DNA of 64,000 nucleotides from NCBI GenBank assembly GCA_965603825.1, contig CBFDEM010000002.1, forward strand, positions 558,001 through 622,000, read 5' to 3'. The first letter of the stretch is position 1. Each line of letters opens with the position of its first letter. This document shows positions 19,971 through 31,922 of this stretch, piece by piece. The notes below the pieces were generated by a model. It was not told the origin of the DNA, did not search any database, and was given only the letters and a program-made list of their open reading frames with translations. Source of the stretch: Blepharisma stoltei ATCC 30299. Its lineage: Eukaryota; Protista; Ciliophora. The position numbers and the translations under genes are program-made.

Positions 19971-22241
19971 ATGAGGCATAGAAATAGGCCTGAACCTCTT
20001 CCAACAGTTTCTTTTAACGATAAAAGCTTCAAAAATAATGATAAAGGTGAAGAAGAAGATGAAAGACTGGCTTATCTTGAGCAGCTAAGAACTATGAGTC
20101 CTATTTCTTTTAAACGGAAAGATCCAATAATGTCAGAACCTGCACAAATTTTAGCAATCATTCCACACAACCTAGGAAAAATCCAAAAATTAACTGCCTA
20201 TAAAAATGATTTAGCAACTATTTTCCGTCAAGAAAATAATCAAAAATCACAATTTACTGAATCAATTATTAAACCTATGAAGGATTTTACTGAAAAATCC
20301 TTTCATAAAGAAATAGAAACCCTGGAAAATACCTTAAAAGAGAAAAAAAGAAGCTTGAGCACAAAATACCCACAGAGCACTCACCATTATTTCAAAAAGA
20401 ACTTAGGGATTTTTTCCCCTGGAATAGTAAGAATATTTCCTAAAGACGGCCGCCCTAAAACCCCAACCTCTGTAAAAATGGCTCAAAATGACTCAAAATC
20501 TCCCTCCCCAAAAAAAGCAAATTTAAGTAAAATTTCGACAAGGCTCAACATTTCGCCACTACTCAAAAGAACAGAAGAAGTAAGACTAACGCCTATGCAC
20601 AGGCCTAAGCATATTGCCTCTCCACTATCAAAATCAATTTCAATAGAAAATGGAGAAGAACTAGTCAAAGATGAAAGTTCACAGCTTAGAATTGAGTGCT
20701 ATAAAGGGGATTATTCAGGAGGAAAAAGGCACGGAAAAGGAGAAATTGTGTATAATAATGGAGATTCCTATTCTGGGAGCTGAGTAAATAATAAGAAAGA
20801 AGGGAAAGGCAGGTACTTCTATAACCATATTGGTGCAGTTTATAGTGGAGAATGATTCAATAATAAAAGGCACGGCCAGGGGAAGCTAAAATTCAAAAAT
20901 GGTGATAGAATCTCAGGGACTTGAATAGAAGGGAGACTATCTGAAGACCACACCACAATTGACTATTCTGATAAAGCTAAATATACTGGAGAGACAAAAA
21001 ATGGTCTCCGCCATGGATCAGGAACTATAAAATACAGCTGTGGCTTCTTCTATAGAGGAAACTGAAATAATGATATTCGTGAAGGAAACGGCATCATTGT
21101 ATTCAAAAGAGAAATATTCTTTGAAGGGACTTTTCACAATGATTCTACTGATGGCCCTGGAGTTTTGGTTAGAAAAGATATCATTAATTATGAAAAAATC
21201 AATAGCTATGATGATGAAAATGACTCGCCGAGCGTCATTTTTATGTCAAAAGATTATGATGCCTATGACAGAAAAGCTGAATTCGGGAACATTTCCGTAT
21301 TCCTTGAATTTAATCAAATTTCTCTGAATTCTGAAGATATAGTTTTTATTGCTTTATTATCAGAACAGCTCGATAAAAGGCTAGAGATCCAGCATCCACA
21401 TATAGAATCTGGAAATTTTAAATCAGGAAAATTAGGAGGGTAATTTATATACAGAGCTGGACTAGCAAAATATGGAATTTTTGGAAAATATGAAGGCTCC
21501 TTTAAAGAAGGTTGCAGGGCAGGATGAGGAAGAATGACTTATTCAGATCCTGAGCACATCTGCAGCTGGTTTAATGAGACTGAAGGAAATTATGTAGGAG
21601 AATGAAAAGACGATTTTAGGCATGGATCTGGCGTAATGACATGGCCAAATGGCATGAAATATGAAGGAAGATATATAAGAGACCATAGAAATCATGTCAC
21701 TGGAAAAATGACTTTTCAAAACGGAGAAATTTATGATGGAGGATGGGTTGACGATAAAATGGAAGGCGCATGCACTTTTAAAAAGCAAAATGGGGTTATT
21801 TTTAAAGGACAGTTTTCAAGAGGTCTGCCATCTGATATGGGAGTTTTAGAGTTTCCTGATGGAGCTAGGTATGAAGGAAAAATAGAAAAATGGGTTCCAC
21901 ATGGAATAGGGAAAATGAGATCTGCGAATGGAGATATTTATGAAGGCGATTTTGAGGAAGGAAAAATCAATGGAGTTGGAACTATGATATATGCGAATGG
22001 AGATATTTATAGTGGAGAATGGGAGAATGGGAAGAAAAATGGAAAAGGACATATGAAATATTCGAAAAATGGAGAAACTTATGAAGGAGAGTGGATAAAT
22101 GATTACAGAGAAGGCAAAGGAGTGCTGAAAGATGCAGACGGGGATGTTATCTTTCTAGGGCAATGGGCTAACGATAAAAAAGAAGGAAGAGGGAGTATCG
22201 CCCACACACCGAGTGGGAAATTAGCTTTGGGCTACCTTTAA
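19971..22241 (+). CDS. MORN-repeat protein, ~751 aa; 6 TGA=Trp, intron 21440-21454
   Basis: Many YxGxW/F..G..xGxG repeats in one frame. Confidence 0.92.
21440..21454 (+). other. 15-nt intron
   Basis: GTAATTTATATACAG; in-frame TAA within a MORN repeat. Confidence 0.85.
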
Positions 22242-22320
22242 TTGCTATTTATATTTCATTGTTTGCAAATTAAACAAATAAATACTTATTACTATAAAAC
22301 CTTTAAGCTGCCTTAAGAAT

Positions 22321-22647
22321 TTATGATAATGTTTTTATAATTGCTTCCTCAATTATGGGAATCATCTCAGGGTTAACTCCTTCAATATTAATAGAAAAAA
22401 CTACTTGCATATTTATTTTTTTGCAGATTTTCTGTATAAAATATGTTCAGCTTTCTTCAAATCCCATGATATGCACAATATTCGGCAATGGATTCTATAT
22501 TATGCTTACATATTTTGTCTGAATTCCCATAATCAGATTGTTAAAAGGGCACTCATCTTTCCCAATATACACATAAGCACACTCGTCTAGTTTCAAAATC
22601 TGTAAGTATAAAGTGCCGACTTCTAGTGGGAATTCAATAATTTCCAT
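22321..22647 (-). CDS. PSMG4: Proteasome assembly chaperone 4-like, 103 aa; absent from ORF track (intron 22495-22509, 1 TGA)
   Basis: LYLQILKLDECAYVYIG..NNLIMGIQTKYNPLP..QKICKKINMQVVFSINI parallels PAC4 (LFLWVG..NLAVAM..RLARK..QVFVSYNL). Confidence 0.75.
22495..22509 (-). other. 15-nt intron
   Basis: GTAAGCATAATATAG; in-frame TAG. Confidence 0.8.
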
Positions 22648-22666
22648 TATTTAATATAATTAATTT

Positions 22667-23392
22667 TTAACTCATAACATATTTTCTTAGTAGCGACCTA
22701 ACCCCATAGCTATACAACAGCTTACTAAGCGAGTTGTTGATATCTCCGAGCTTCATAGTCAATTCATGCTGGCTGATTTCCTTTTCTACAAGAAGCTGCT
22801 TTGTGATTTCCCTTATAAACTCATCTTTTCCACTGATCAGCTTATCTTTATAAGCATCGATGTCTTCTTTGTTCATAAATCCTATCCCTTCTCCTTTAGC
22901 AAGCACAGGCAATATATTGGCACATACATCGACCATAGCTCCAAGCATTTCTTCGATTTCTGAAGGATCAAGCATCCCAGTTGCATCTACATCAAACTGT
23001 CTGAACAGCCAGTCAGCTTTTTCTTCAGCTGTTCCAATCCCTATGACAATTCCTATGAGTGACAGTTTTTTCGTGTCATAAAGCTTATTTTCATTTTTGA
23101 CCTTTGATAAAAGATGATATGTAGGAGTGTCTGGAGAAGTTAATTCAGATTCAGGGATCTGCAGGTCATGAAAAACTCTTTTGAGCTGAGGCAAACTTAA
23201 GGAATTCTGCAAAGATTCTGCTTTGATAGATTTCACTATTTCCTTGCTCAAAAGTCTGGAAAAGTGAAGCTTTTTTTCCTGCTCTAAAATGATTTTGTCT
23301 TCTAATGTCAAATCTTCTTCCTTTGGAACTGCTACACCTTTTGCTGCTGGAGGGAGGAGGTCATTATTATTTTTTGCTACACAGCATCCCAT
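22667..23392 (-). CDS. N-acylated EF-hand protein (NCS/calcineurin-B-like), 241 aa
   Basis: MGCC N-terminus; GTAEEKADWLFRQFDVDATGMLDPSE. Confidence 0.85.
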   Translation of the reverse strand: MGCCVAKNNNDLLPPAAKGVAVPKEEDLTLEDKIILEQEKKLHFSRLLSKEIVKSIKAESLQNSLSLPQLKRVFHDLQIPESELTSPDTPTYHLLSKVKNENKLYDTKKLSLIGIVIGIGTAEEKADWLFRQFDVDATGMLDPSEIEEMLGAMVDVCANILPVLAKGEGIGFMNKEDIDAYKDKLISGKDEFIREITKQLLVEKEISQHELTMKLGDINNSLSKLLYSYGVRSLLRKYVMS

Positions 23393-23413
23393 AGTAAATT
23401 ATTAAGAATTATG

Positions 23414-23716
23414 TTAAAATATGCTTTTCTCATTTATTGTCTCTTTTGGAGTAGCATTAGAGTCAATGATTAAGTCAAAGTTGAGTTTTCTGATATTCAT
23501 TTTGTCTCGCTATGTAATTATTACTCTGTCTTGCCAATAAGGATGTGTATAAATAATTTCTTTTAACATAAGAGAAATTTGATGGCAAAAAAAGCCAGAC
23601 ACTATATAGATAAAGCCATAAGCGGTGCCGATTTTTTTGTATTTAGGGTTTCTTTTAGGAAAAGGGATTGCAGCTCCATATCTCAAGGCACCTGGCCGAT
23701 CTCTATAATTGACCAT
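23414..23716 (-). CDS. Small single-TM protein, ~95 aa (intron 23510-23524)
   Basis: Track ORF extends past a 15-nt intron to TAA 23414; one hydrophobic segment. Confidence 0.65.
23510..23524 (-). other. 15-nt intron
   Basis: GTAATAATTACATAG; fits the consensus and has an open frame downstream. Confidence 0.68.
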
Positions 23717-23799
23717 TTTCTAATTATTTTCAATTTTGTTTAAGCTAAATAGGATTATGCCAATTCAATTTATATAAATGTGTTAATTTTTATTTTAAA

Positions 23800-25185
23800 A
23801 TGATAATAGCATTGATTTGTGCTTTCAATGTAAATTTTGCTTCATCAATTTTAAATACAGTAGTCACCCCTTTGCCGATCGGAGAAGAAATTTCAAAAAC
23901 TCAAAATGACACTTGGGCTTATTTCAAAATTAAAGGCTTCGAATCTCCAAGCTTATATTTATCTGTCAGTATTGACCTTTCTGAACCTGAATCTGTATGC
24001 TTAGTTGTCAAGCAAAATACAGTGCCTCAGCTCTACGCAGGGTACCCTCAATATGATTGAATTGATATAGATAATTGAAAGTTGGGGTCAAAGAAACATG
24101 ATGTTATTATATCTCCGTGAAAATATTCATCATATTCTTTGTACATAGGAGTTTATTTACAAACAGAAGCAGTTATACAATACACAATTAAAGCAGTGCA
24201 ATCTGAATTTAAACCCTGTAAGAATAACTGCACTGAGAATGGAACATGTGATGGAGGAACCTGTGATTGTAATTCAGGGTACATTGGCAATGATTGCCAA
24301 GTCCCTGCAATTTCTTTAAGCCTAGGCTCTTCTCAACAAATGAGAATTAATCCTGGTTCAATAACTTATGCTTATTATGGAGATTTAAATTCCGAAACTG
24401 GGAAAAACATAAACGTGAATATAAAGTCTTTCGGAAACCCTATAACTGTGTATATTAAACCTTCACAAGCCAATATGGCAACAACTTTACCGTCAGAGTC
24501 AGTATTTGTAGCAACTGCTAAAAGTACAGATATCGAGTACACAATAAATTCGAAAGATTTGATGACTTATTTTGCAATAGTGAATGATGATATTATTGCT
24601 ATAGATCTTAAGTGAGATTTATCTTATAATAGTAGTTCTGACAACTCAAAAGAAATAATTTTTTACACCTTAATTACAGTATCATCCGTAGTCGTTTTAA
24701 GTTGGGTTTCATTTGCTCTGTATAAATCACGAAAAAGATTTCAGGTCATTTCAAATCCAGCTGAAAATTACTTAGAAAGAGTTCTAGATTTAAAGATAAT
24801 TGATGAGAATTTTCCAGAGAAAAAACTAAGGCAATCAGATATTGACCGCGGGAATTCATCGTGCCCTATTTGTTTGGAAAATTTTGCAATAGATGATATG
24901 ATTAGAGAACTGTTATGCGATCATATTTACCATCAAAAATGCATTGATGAATGATTTGCAACTAAATCTTACTGCTGCCTTTGTAAAAGAGATTATAAAA
25001 GCATTGATAGCATGGATTTGACGAGACCTATTGAAGAAACTTTACAGATGAGCAACACCCTAGGACTAATAGTCGGAGCTAATGAAGAATCCCTAGGAAT
25101 CACTATAAGCAACCCTATTCAAGAAGAGTATATCGAGGATGAAAACGAAGACGTAACCTTCAGAGCCAGCTCAAATTTTAATTAG
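23800..25185 (+). CDS. Signal peptide - EGF-like - TM - RING-H2 E3 ligase, 461 aa; 5 TGA=Trp
   Basis: CKNNCTENGTCDGGTCDCNSGYIGNDC; TM segment near 24655-24720; CPICLENF..LCDHIYHQKCIDE[TGA]F..CCLC. Confidence 0.9.
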
Positions 25186-25289
25186 ACCTAATTTTTTTTT
25201 CTGAATACTGATATAAGTAAATTCCTTATGAGTAAAATTATTTTCTTTTTAAGAAAGAATATTTCAATCGAATTAAAAACTGAATTATT

Positions 25290-26420
25290 TTACAATTTTA
25301 TATGACATTTTAATGCTTCCCTTACATCCTCCACATCACTGACTGCCAAGTTGACCAAAACCGGCAGTAGTTTTTTCAGCTCATTGTCTGACTCGTCCCC
25401 AGTAAAGGGACTGATTAAAATTCCATTATTTGGATGCATACTGAACGATGTGGGCCAGTCATCAATAATAATGACTTTTGATAGATCTCTGCCCAGTAAT
25501 TCCAAGTTTTTTACATAAGGGCTGTTGAAAGCCCCTGTATGCTGCCTGTACAGCCTTAGCTTGATTTTATTTGAAGGGTCGATTTGTTTGATCGCGGAAT
25601 CTGCGTAATCTTGTGAGCTTGCTGTGAATAGCACTAGTTCATAAAATTTGTCAAGCTCTGAAATGAATTCTTCAACGCCAGGTCGTTTATAAAATATTCC
25701 ATTCTCTGTATGGCCTAATGTTTCGTCTAAATCGAGCACCAATGTCATAGTCTTATGAGAATAAGCGGGCAGAAATGGGGCCTGTCGGAATGTAAAAAAA
25801 GATTGAACAGATGGGAAAAAGCAAATTTTCGTCAAAATCTGCGCTTCTTTTCTTAAATTCGCGATTCCAATATATGCCAGCTCAAAAGGAATTTGCTGGA
25901 AAATGCTTAACATTTCTATCACAGTAAAAATGGTGAGAACTACGCCAGGCGACAAATTTCTACAAGCACTGGCGCAAAGCCCCAAGTAAATCCTCAAATT
26001 CCCTAAAAAGCCTTCAATGCTTTGAAGGAGCTTTCTAAGTAATTGTTGCTGCTTCTGTTTGCTTGAATTTTGCAGCGTTAAAGCAATTATTTGGAAATGC
26101 TTTAATACATCATTTTGCAATTTTTCTATAGTGTCATTCCCAGCCATAGGAATAAGGCCTACCACTTCGCAGAGAACTATACTTATCATCCCTAAATTTA
26201 AGGCTTTTTCAATAAAAGGGTTCTTCAAAACGGTCGAATTTTGCATTCATGCTAATCGTGAAAAAATTTTATCAAAAGACGATCCTGAAAAGGACTGTAG
26301 GTTTTTGAAAATGTCGCTGATACAAATCAGGAGATCGTCTTGGCTCGTCTGTCTGGAGCCAGCTATGCTATCTATAGATGCTTTTGATTGTGAATTGAGA
26401 GCCTCTAAGCACGCTTCCAT
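25290..26420 (-). CDS. SCP/FCP1-like CTD phosphatase (HAD), 376 aa (TGA 26247=Trp)
   Basis: LVLDLDETL, KRPG, FTAS, LGRDLSKVIIIDD. Confidence 0.92.
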
Positions 26421-27508
26421 TAAATATATATTTTTGTTTTACCAGTTGTAATGAAGGTATGAAATGCTGGAAATTACTGCTTACATTAAATGTTAGGATT
26501 AGTTTAGCGATTTAGGAAAATTAGGATTTAAAACTAATCTACAACTTAAAAATTTCTGATCAGCTGTGATAATAATTATATAGCAATTAACCACCAAATA
26601 CTGGATTTTCAAAGTTCTCCATCTAAGCTTATTTATAAAAAGCAGCAAAAATTCTGCAATTGATATGAAAAAGCTTTATGTAAAAATGCAAGCTAAACAG
26701 ATTGCTGGATTTTTCATATGAAGCTTGAGAAACCGAAAAAAGTTTCAGTTTTTTCATTGTGGTAGCACATAGCTCTACGTTAATAAAAATACCTATATAT
26801 ATTTACAAAAATAAAATCAATAAATAGTTGATTTTATTGCTGTCATTCAGAACAGGTCTGGCCAATTATTCTGATTTTATTAGATAAATAAATATAATAG
26901 ACAATCATATTTTAAAAAGATGGAATTCTTTTGACGCAAACAGAAATTGTTAAAGCTATTAAAAACTGTTTATTCATGGTGCTTTCGCTAGTTTTTTCTA
27001 TTATAGATTGATTTTAGTTCAAGATAATTTTGGATTTTAATAGCTCCAATAGAATTTTTCTCCCTAATTATTCTATTAATTAATTATTTATTTTCAAGCT
27101 TTGAGTAGAATTAGCACGGAAATTCGCTAAAACTACATTTAAATGCATGATAATAGAAAATTAGTGAATTTTCAAAATGATATGCAATTGCTATAAAGCA
27201 GAATAACATGGCGAATTTTTATTTATTGTAAATTCTCAGAAATATTGAATCTAACAATTTTTAGCGCTATTTATGCCTATTAAATAATTTATCATTAATT
27301 ATAATAGTTTAAATGCTTCAATATTGAGTTGAGTTATCTGATAGAGCTTAGATTCATAATTAAGTTAGACTTTAAAAATTTTAACAAAGATTGTATAATC
27401 CCATTCTAAGAAATTTTAAACCCCTAAAATATGCAATAAATTATTAAATAGATTAAAATTTGTTCTCCTGAAAATTAACTTTTTATATTAGATATTGATT
27501 TCAAGAAA

Positions 27509-29002
27509 ATGGGAAGCAGTAGCCTAGTTCAATTCCTCAAAAAGCTCCGAATTATTCACTCAAAAACATCAAAAAAACACAAGGAATTAATCCGAATTTT
27601 AGATTCTATTGATATGTGTCAATTACCTGTAAATTTAACTTAGGATTATCCTAACAAAATTGCAGTAAGCTCCAATTCTTTATCAAAATTTGCAGAGACC
27701 GCTAATGATCTTTATGAGAATGAAACAGAAACAAGCGAAATCTTAGATGCCTTTGAAGAAAAAATACTAGAAATTGGAAAAATCAAACGAGTTGCCAAAG
27801 GCTTAAAGCAGCATTTAGATCACATGAAGGAAAGAATTAAAAGAGACAATAAAACCATTTCAAATATTGGCAAACGAATCTCTTCAATTTTAAAAGAATA
27901 CCGTGAGAGATGCCATGGAAGCTACGTTGAATTTTTAAAATCAGTAGACTTAGACCTCCGAAGAATTCTAAAGCCACTTGTCCCTAACAAAGTGATTGAT
28001 GAAAATGTGCATTTTCCTATGATGAACCCAAATTTAAGCTTAATTGCTTCGTTTGAGTCATCAAAAGTATCTAAGGCTAAAGATGAAGATATTGGTGACG
28101 AATTAGCAGAAGATACAGAAACAGAGTCAGAAGACAAAGACAAAACAATTGAAAAACTTCACGAGCATGTAAGTATGCTTATAAACACACTAGAATCCGT
28201 TGCAAAAGAACTTATTAATATTCTTGCTGACACAAATTCAAAATATTATGAAATTGTTAACCCCAACATTCTGTCTCTGAACCCAAAAACTCCTCTAGCA
28301 AAGCCTCTGCCTGAATATTTTACTTTTGATATGGAAGAACCTGAGGATGCACCAAAGATTATGCAGGTACAAAAAGATGCATTAAATAGGTTGAAATCGA
28401 GGCTGAATGAGCTTATAAATAGTTGCGATTTGTCAAAGGAACAGGCTAAAGTTTTTGAGGAAAAACTTAACAAAATGGATAAGGAAGGGAAAACTGATAT
28501 TCATGAAATTTTTAAAGATTCAGATGTTCCAATTAGCAAAAGGGAGGAAATTGTTTTTAAATTAATCGATTCAGGAAGAGAGGCTAGTAAAGATGTGGAT
28601 ATTAATGATATGCTTTCTGTTTGCTCAGTAAAAAATTTACACAGAAAAGAGTCAATTAATAAATTTTCAAAGCTAAAACTTCCTCCTTCAAATGAAAAAG
28701 TAACCAAAAGGAAAAATACTGAGCTAGACCCAAGAAGAGCTTTGACGCCTACCCCAGCTGAAAATGGATTCCACACACCTCAAATAGAATCAGAAAAAAA
28801 AGAACGATTTTTCTTACAAAGGGCTTCCAATCCAGCAGAAATTAAAGATTCTGATTTATTAAGCAATGATAGATCTGTGCCAAAAATACAGAAAAATAAA
28901 GAAATTAGAGTGAGATCTACGACGCCAACATTTACAAAGAAAAAACAGCAGTTTAAAACAGGGATTTCGCTGTCTCGAAAAAAAATTGCAAACAAGTCTT
29001 AA
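27509..29002 (+). CDS. Hypothetical coiled-coil protein, ~492 aa (intron 27629-27643)
   Basis: Frame extends upstream to ATG 27509 across the intron. Confidence 0.75.
27629..27643 (+). other. 15-nt intron
   Basis: GTAAATTTAACTTAG; in-frame TAG. Confidence 0.78.
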
Positions 29003-29102
29003 TGTAAATTTTTTAATCCCATTTTTGGAACTTTATTATAATTTCTATAGTAAAATAATTTGATTTGGCCAGAGTTCATATAGTTAAAGTACTTATCTAA
29101 AA

Positions 29103-29267
29103 TTAAAACCCAAATAAGCTTCTGATGTTCGGCTTTGGTTCTGTTGTGAATGCCAAGTATAGAATTGTAGGTATGAACCCCCAGTAGATTGCAGTTTTAG
29201 GCAAATTCCCTCCATTTTCAAGTCCTTTTCCAATATTATTGCTCAGCGTCTTCAAGCTTCGAGCCAT
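29103..29267 (-). CDS. TOM7: Mitochondrial import receptor subunit Tom7-like, 54 aa; below ORF-track cutoff
   Basis: MARSLKTLSNNIGKGLENGGNLPKTAIYWGFIPTILYLAFTTEPKPNIRSLFGF; WGFIP..LYL...P.P signature. Confidence 0.82.
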   Translation of the reverse strand: MARSLKTLSNNIGKGLENGGNLPKTAIYWGFIPTILYLAFTTEPKPNIRSLFGF

Positions 29268-29331
29268 ATTAATATTACCAAACTAATTTTCAATTACAAA
29301 TAAATAAAATTATTGTACAAAGCAATTAAAC

Positions 29332-29979
29332 ATGGAGCGATCACAAGCTATCAATAAGCAGCTCGGACATTCAAAGCATTGGTATATGGCTACTCCTTCC
29401 TTATCTGATTTCATATGGCCATGGTGCCTCATTTCATTGCTTGGTGCATCATCCGGGACGTACTTTACATATGCCTATGGGATTACTCCGAAAGAATGAA
29501 TTGACAGAGAAAATTTGCGCTTTTGAACGGGGCCATCATTTTATATGAATTACTGTTTAGTATGATTCTGGATATATAAAGTGGTATCCATGATTCAGAT
29601 TTTAAAGAAGGAAACTACATGGGAATCATATAGAGTTTGCGTCATTCGGGATATTTTCACAACTTTCGCGTTCTGAGCTACATATAATATCTTTGAGTGA
29701 ATCTCCAAAAGATTACTTACTTTCACAATATCAGGGCACTCCTTTGTTTTAGTTGTTATAAGCAGCATGATTTTATTTGAAGCAGAAACAAATTACAGGC
29801 TAACATATAATGAATTGATGATTTACATTGGAAAAGGCGTCATCGCATATAATTATTATATATTTTTCTGGACCTGCTTCGCTTTTCATACGCTTAGCCA
29901 CACAGTTATGGGGCTTGTAGTAGGGTTTACAATTACGTATTTCGTTTATTTTAGAATGGATAAAATCAGAATAACATAA
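29332..29979 (+). CDS. FIT/Scs3-like (PAP2-type) membrane protein, 215 aa; 5 TGA=Trp
   Basis: ISGHSF and WTCFAFHT match the two catalytic-His motifs of FIT proteins; multiple TM segments. Confidence 0.75.
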
Positions 29980-30056
29980 AGGTTAACAATAATTATTTTG
30001 TCTTAAAAATAAGGTAAAGCTTAAATATTAGTTGATTTATTTTTTACATTATTGAA

Positions 30057-31601
30057 TTATTTAACAAACTTTGTAAGGAAAAATCTCCATCCTGTTTGTC
30101 TAAAGGCTCTAGGAAAAACTTTCATAAAGAAATATTCTAACTCCAGCGAATTTTTCACTGTCGAAAATCCCTTTCTGATATTAAAAGACTGCAACTGTAC
30201 TAAATAATTGAAATATTTTGAATCCTTTGGAATATCTACTGATTCTGATCCCCATTCTGCTTTTAACTTCACGATATGATTTGTCCCGATCACAGACAGC
30301 TTAAATACCTTCCCATCTTTACAAAATTCAATTTTATAAAGTGTTATGAAATTTGTATTGTCCAGCATTTCTTTTAAGTATTCATCATTCATCAGCTTTG
30401 ATTGGCTTTCTTTTTCTAAATAAATAAAATCTTGATTATCCCCTTCAATCCAAAATAAAGACCTATTAAGATGCACATAGCACATATATTTAGATATAAG
30501 ATAAGCGATGTGGCTTGGTTTCACTTTAAATACAGTAGGCTCATGGGTGATAACACTTCTTGGTACTTCTAAGGCGTGGTCAATTATGCTTGGCTCTATA
30601 CGTACTTCATTCTCATTTTCTGTAATTTCTACAGAGCATTGTCCTAGACCTTTAATTTTGCATATAATGCTATAAAATGTTGACCCATGCCTTTCATCAT
30701 AAAAAATACACATAGAATTATCAATGTATTTGTAGTATAAGTGTGGAAGAATTTTCTTTGTAATGATGCGAAAAATTTGTTTTTGGTTCTGATAAGTATT
30801 AGAAATCGATAAACGAAGATTCAGCTGCAAAGCAGGTCCATTGATTGGATGAGCAGAAATTTCTAGATGCTCTAATCATTTATCACTCCTTATATTTATT
30901 AAGGTAGATACACTAGAGATAATAAAAATTCCTTGGTAAACGATATCTAGTTTTTGGAATTGCAAACTTTTTCTTACATAAAATTCTTCATTTTCGACAG
31001 AAGTTTCATCGGTTTTGAGGTTTTCTCTTTCAAGAGAAACTATAGAGCTTAGCCCTTTATTCAATTTCTCTAAAACCTTATTATCCATAAATTGTTCTTG
31101 AGTTAGTTTTTCTTGTTCAGGCAATGAAACTGCATTGAGTCTTAACCTCTCTAGCATTACAAATAATTCATTTTCTTTAGCAAAATTATTCTCATAAGTG
31201 GCTAAATCACGAATAAGCTCGCTTTTGTCACTCATTAATTTGTGAAAATCATATAATAAAGATTTCATATGTGTTACAAGTTGGCCTGCCTTAGGGAGAC
31301 CAGGAGGCTTATGTGAAATTCTACTTGTTGACCTTGTAGAAGGCCTTATTTGCGTAAGGAGTAATGAAGGGGCATTTTCTGAGTCATTATCGTTGCTTGC
31401 TGTCCTAGCTGTAGATTTTCTATAAGTTTTTGATGATTTGGGTCTAATTCGCTTATAAATCTTAGTATAGAGATCTACTCTCATATGATTTGAATCAGTA
31501 GTTGAATAAGTACCCGAAAGATCTCTCAATAAAGAATTTCCTTTTATTGGAATAGTGTTGCCATTCAAAGGCCTAGCACTTTTATTTGAATCATCTATCA
31601 T
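30057..31601 (-). CDS. Hypothetical protein, 514 aa (TGA 30876=Trp)
   Basis: Two same-frame track ORFs joined by TGA. Confidence 0.72.
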
Positions 31602-31922
31602 CTTCAATGCTAATTTTGAGATATAATCTATTGAATAATTTAATTCATATTTTTGAGTTTAAAATTGCAGTTCATCATAACAATATTTTAGTTAAACTTT
31701 TGCGTCTAAATTGCAGTCAGATGAACTCAATAATTAAATATTTAAGCTGCCACAATTAATCATGAATTATTTAATAGTCATAAATATCTCTAAAGTTTTT
31801 ATTTAATTAATACCAAGAATTTTCCAAGAGTATATTTAAAGCAGTTGCCATGCTATTCTGCTTTAAAGTGCAAGTTATTTTTGCAATAACACTATTTTCT
31901 ATTATCATGCATTTAAATTTAT

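Noticed and set aside
22559-22632. TTCCCA...TGGGAA terminal stem suggesting a structured ncRNA
   Set aside because: It lies inside the PSMG4-like coding exon on the minus strand.
26491-26530. Degenerate TTAGG repeats, and a single TGTTAGGG at 43815-43822, resembling heterotrich telomere units
   Set aside because: No tandem array; expected by chance in AT-rich DNA.
26450-27500. Longest gene-free stretches (also 16730-17420, 43545-44100) as possible IES or transposon remnants
   Set aside because: No terminal repeats or ORFs found even with TGA=Trp; TA-bounded IESs cannot be called without MIC/MAC read comparison.
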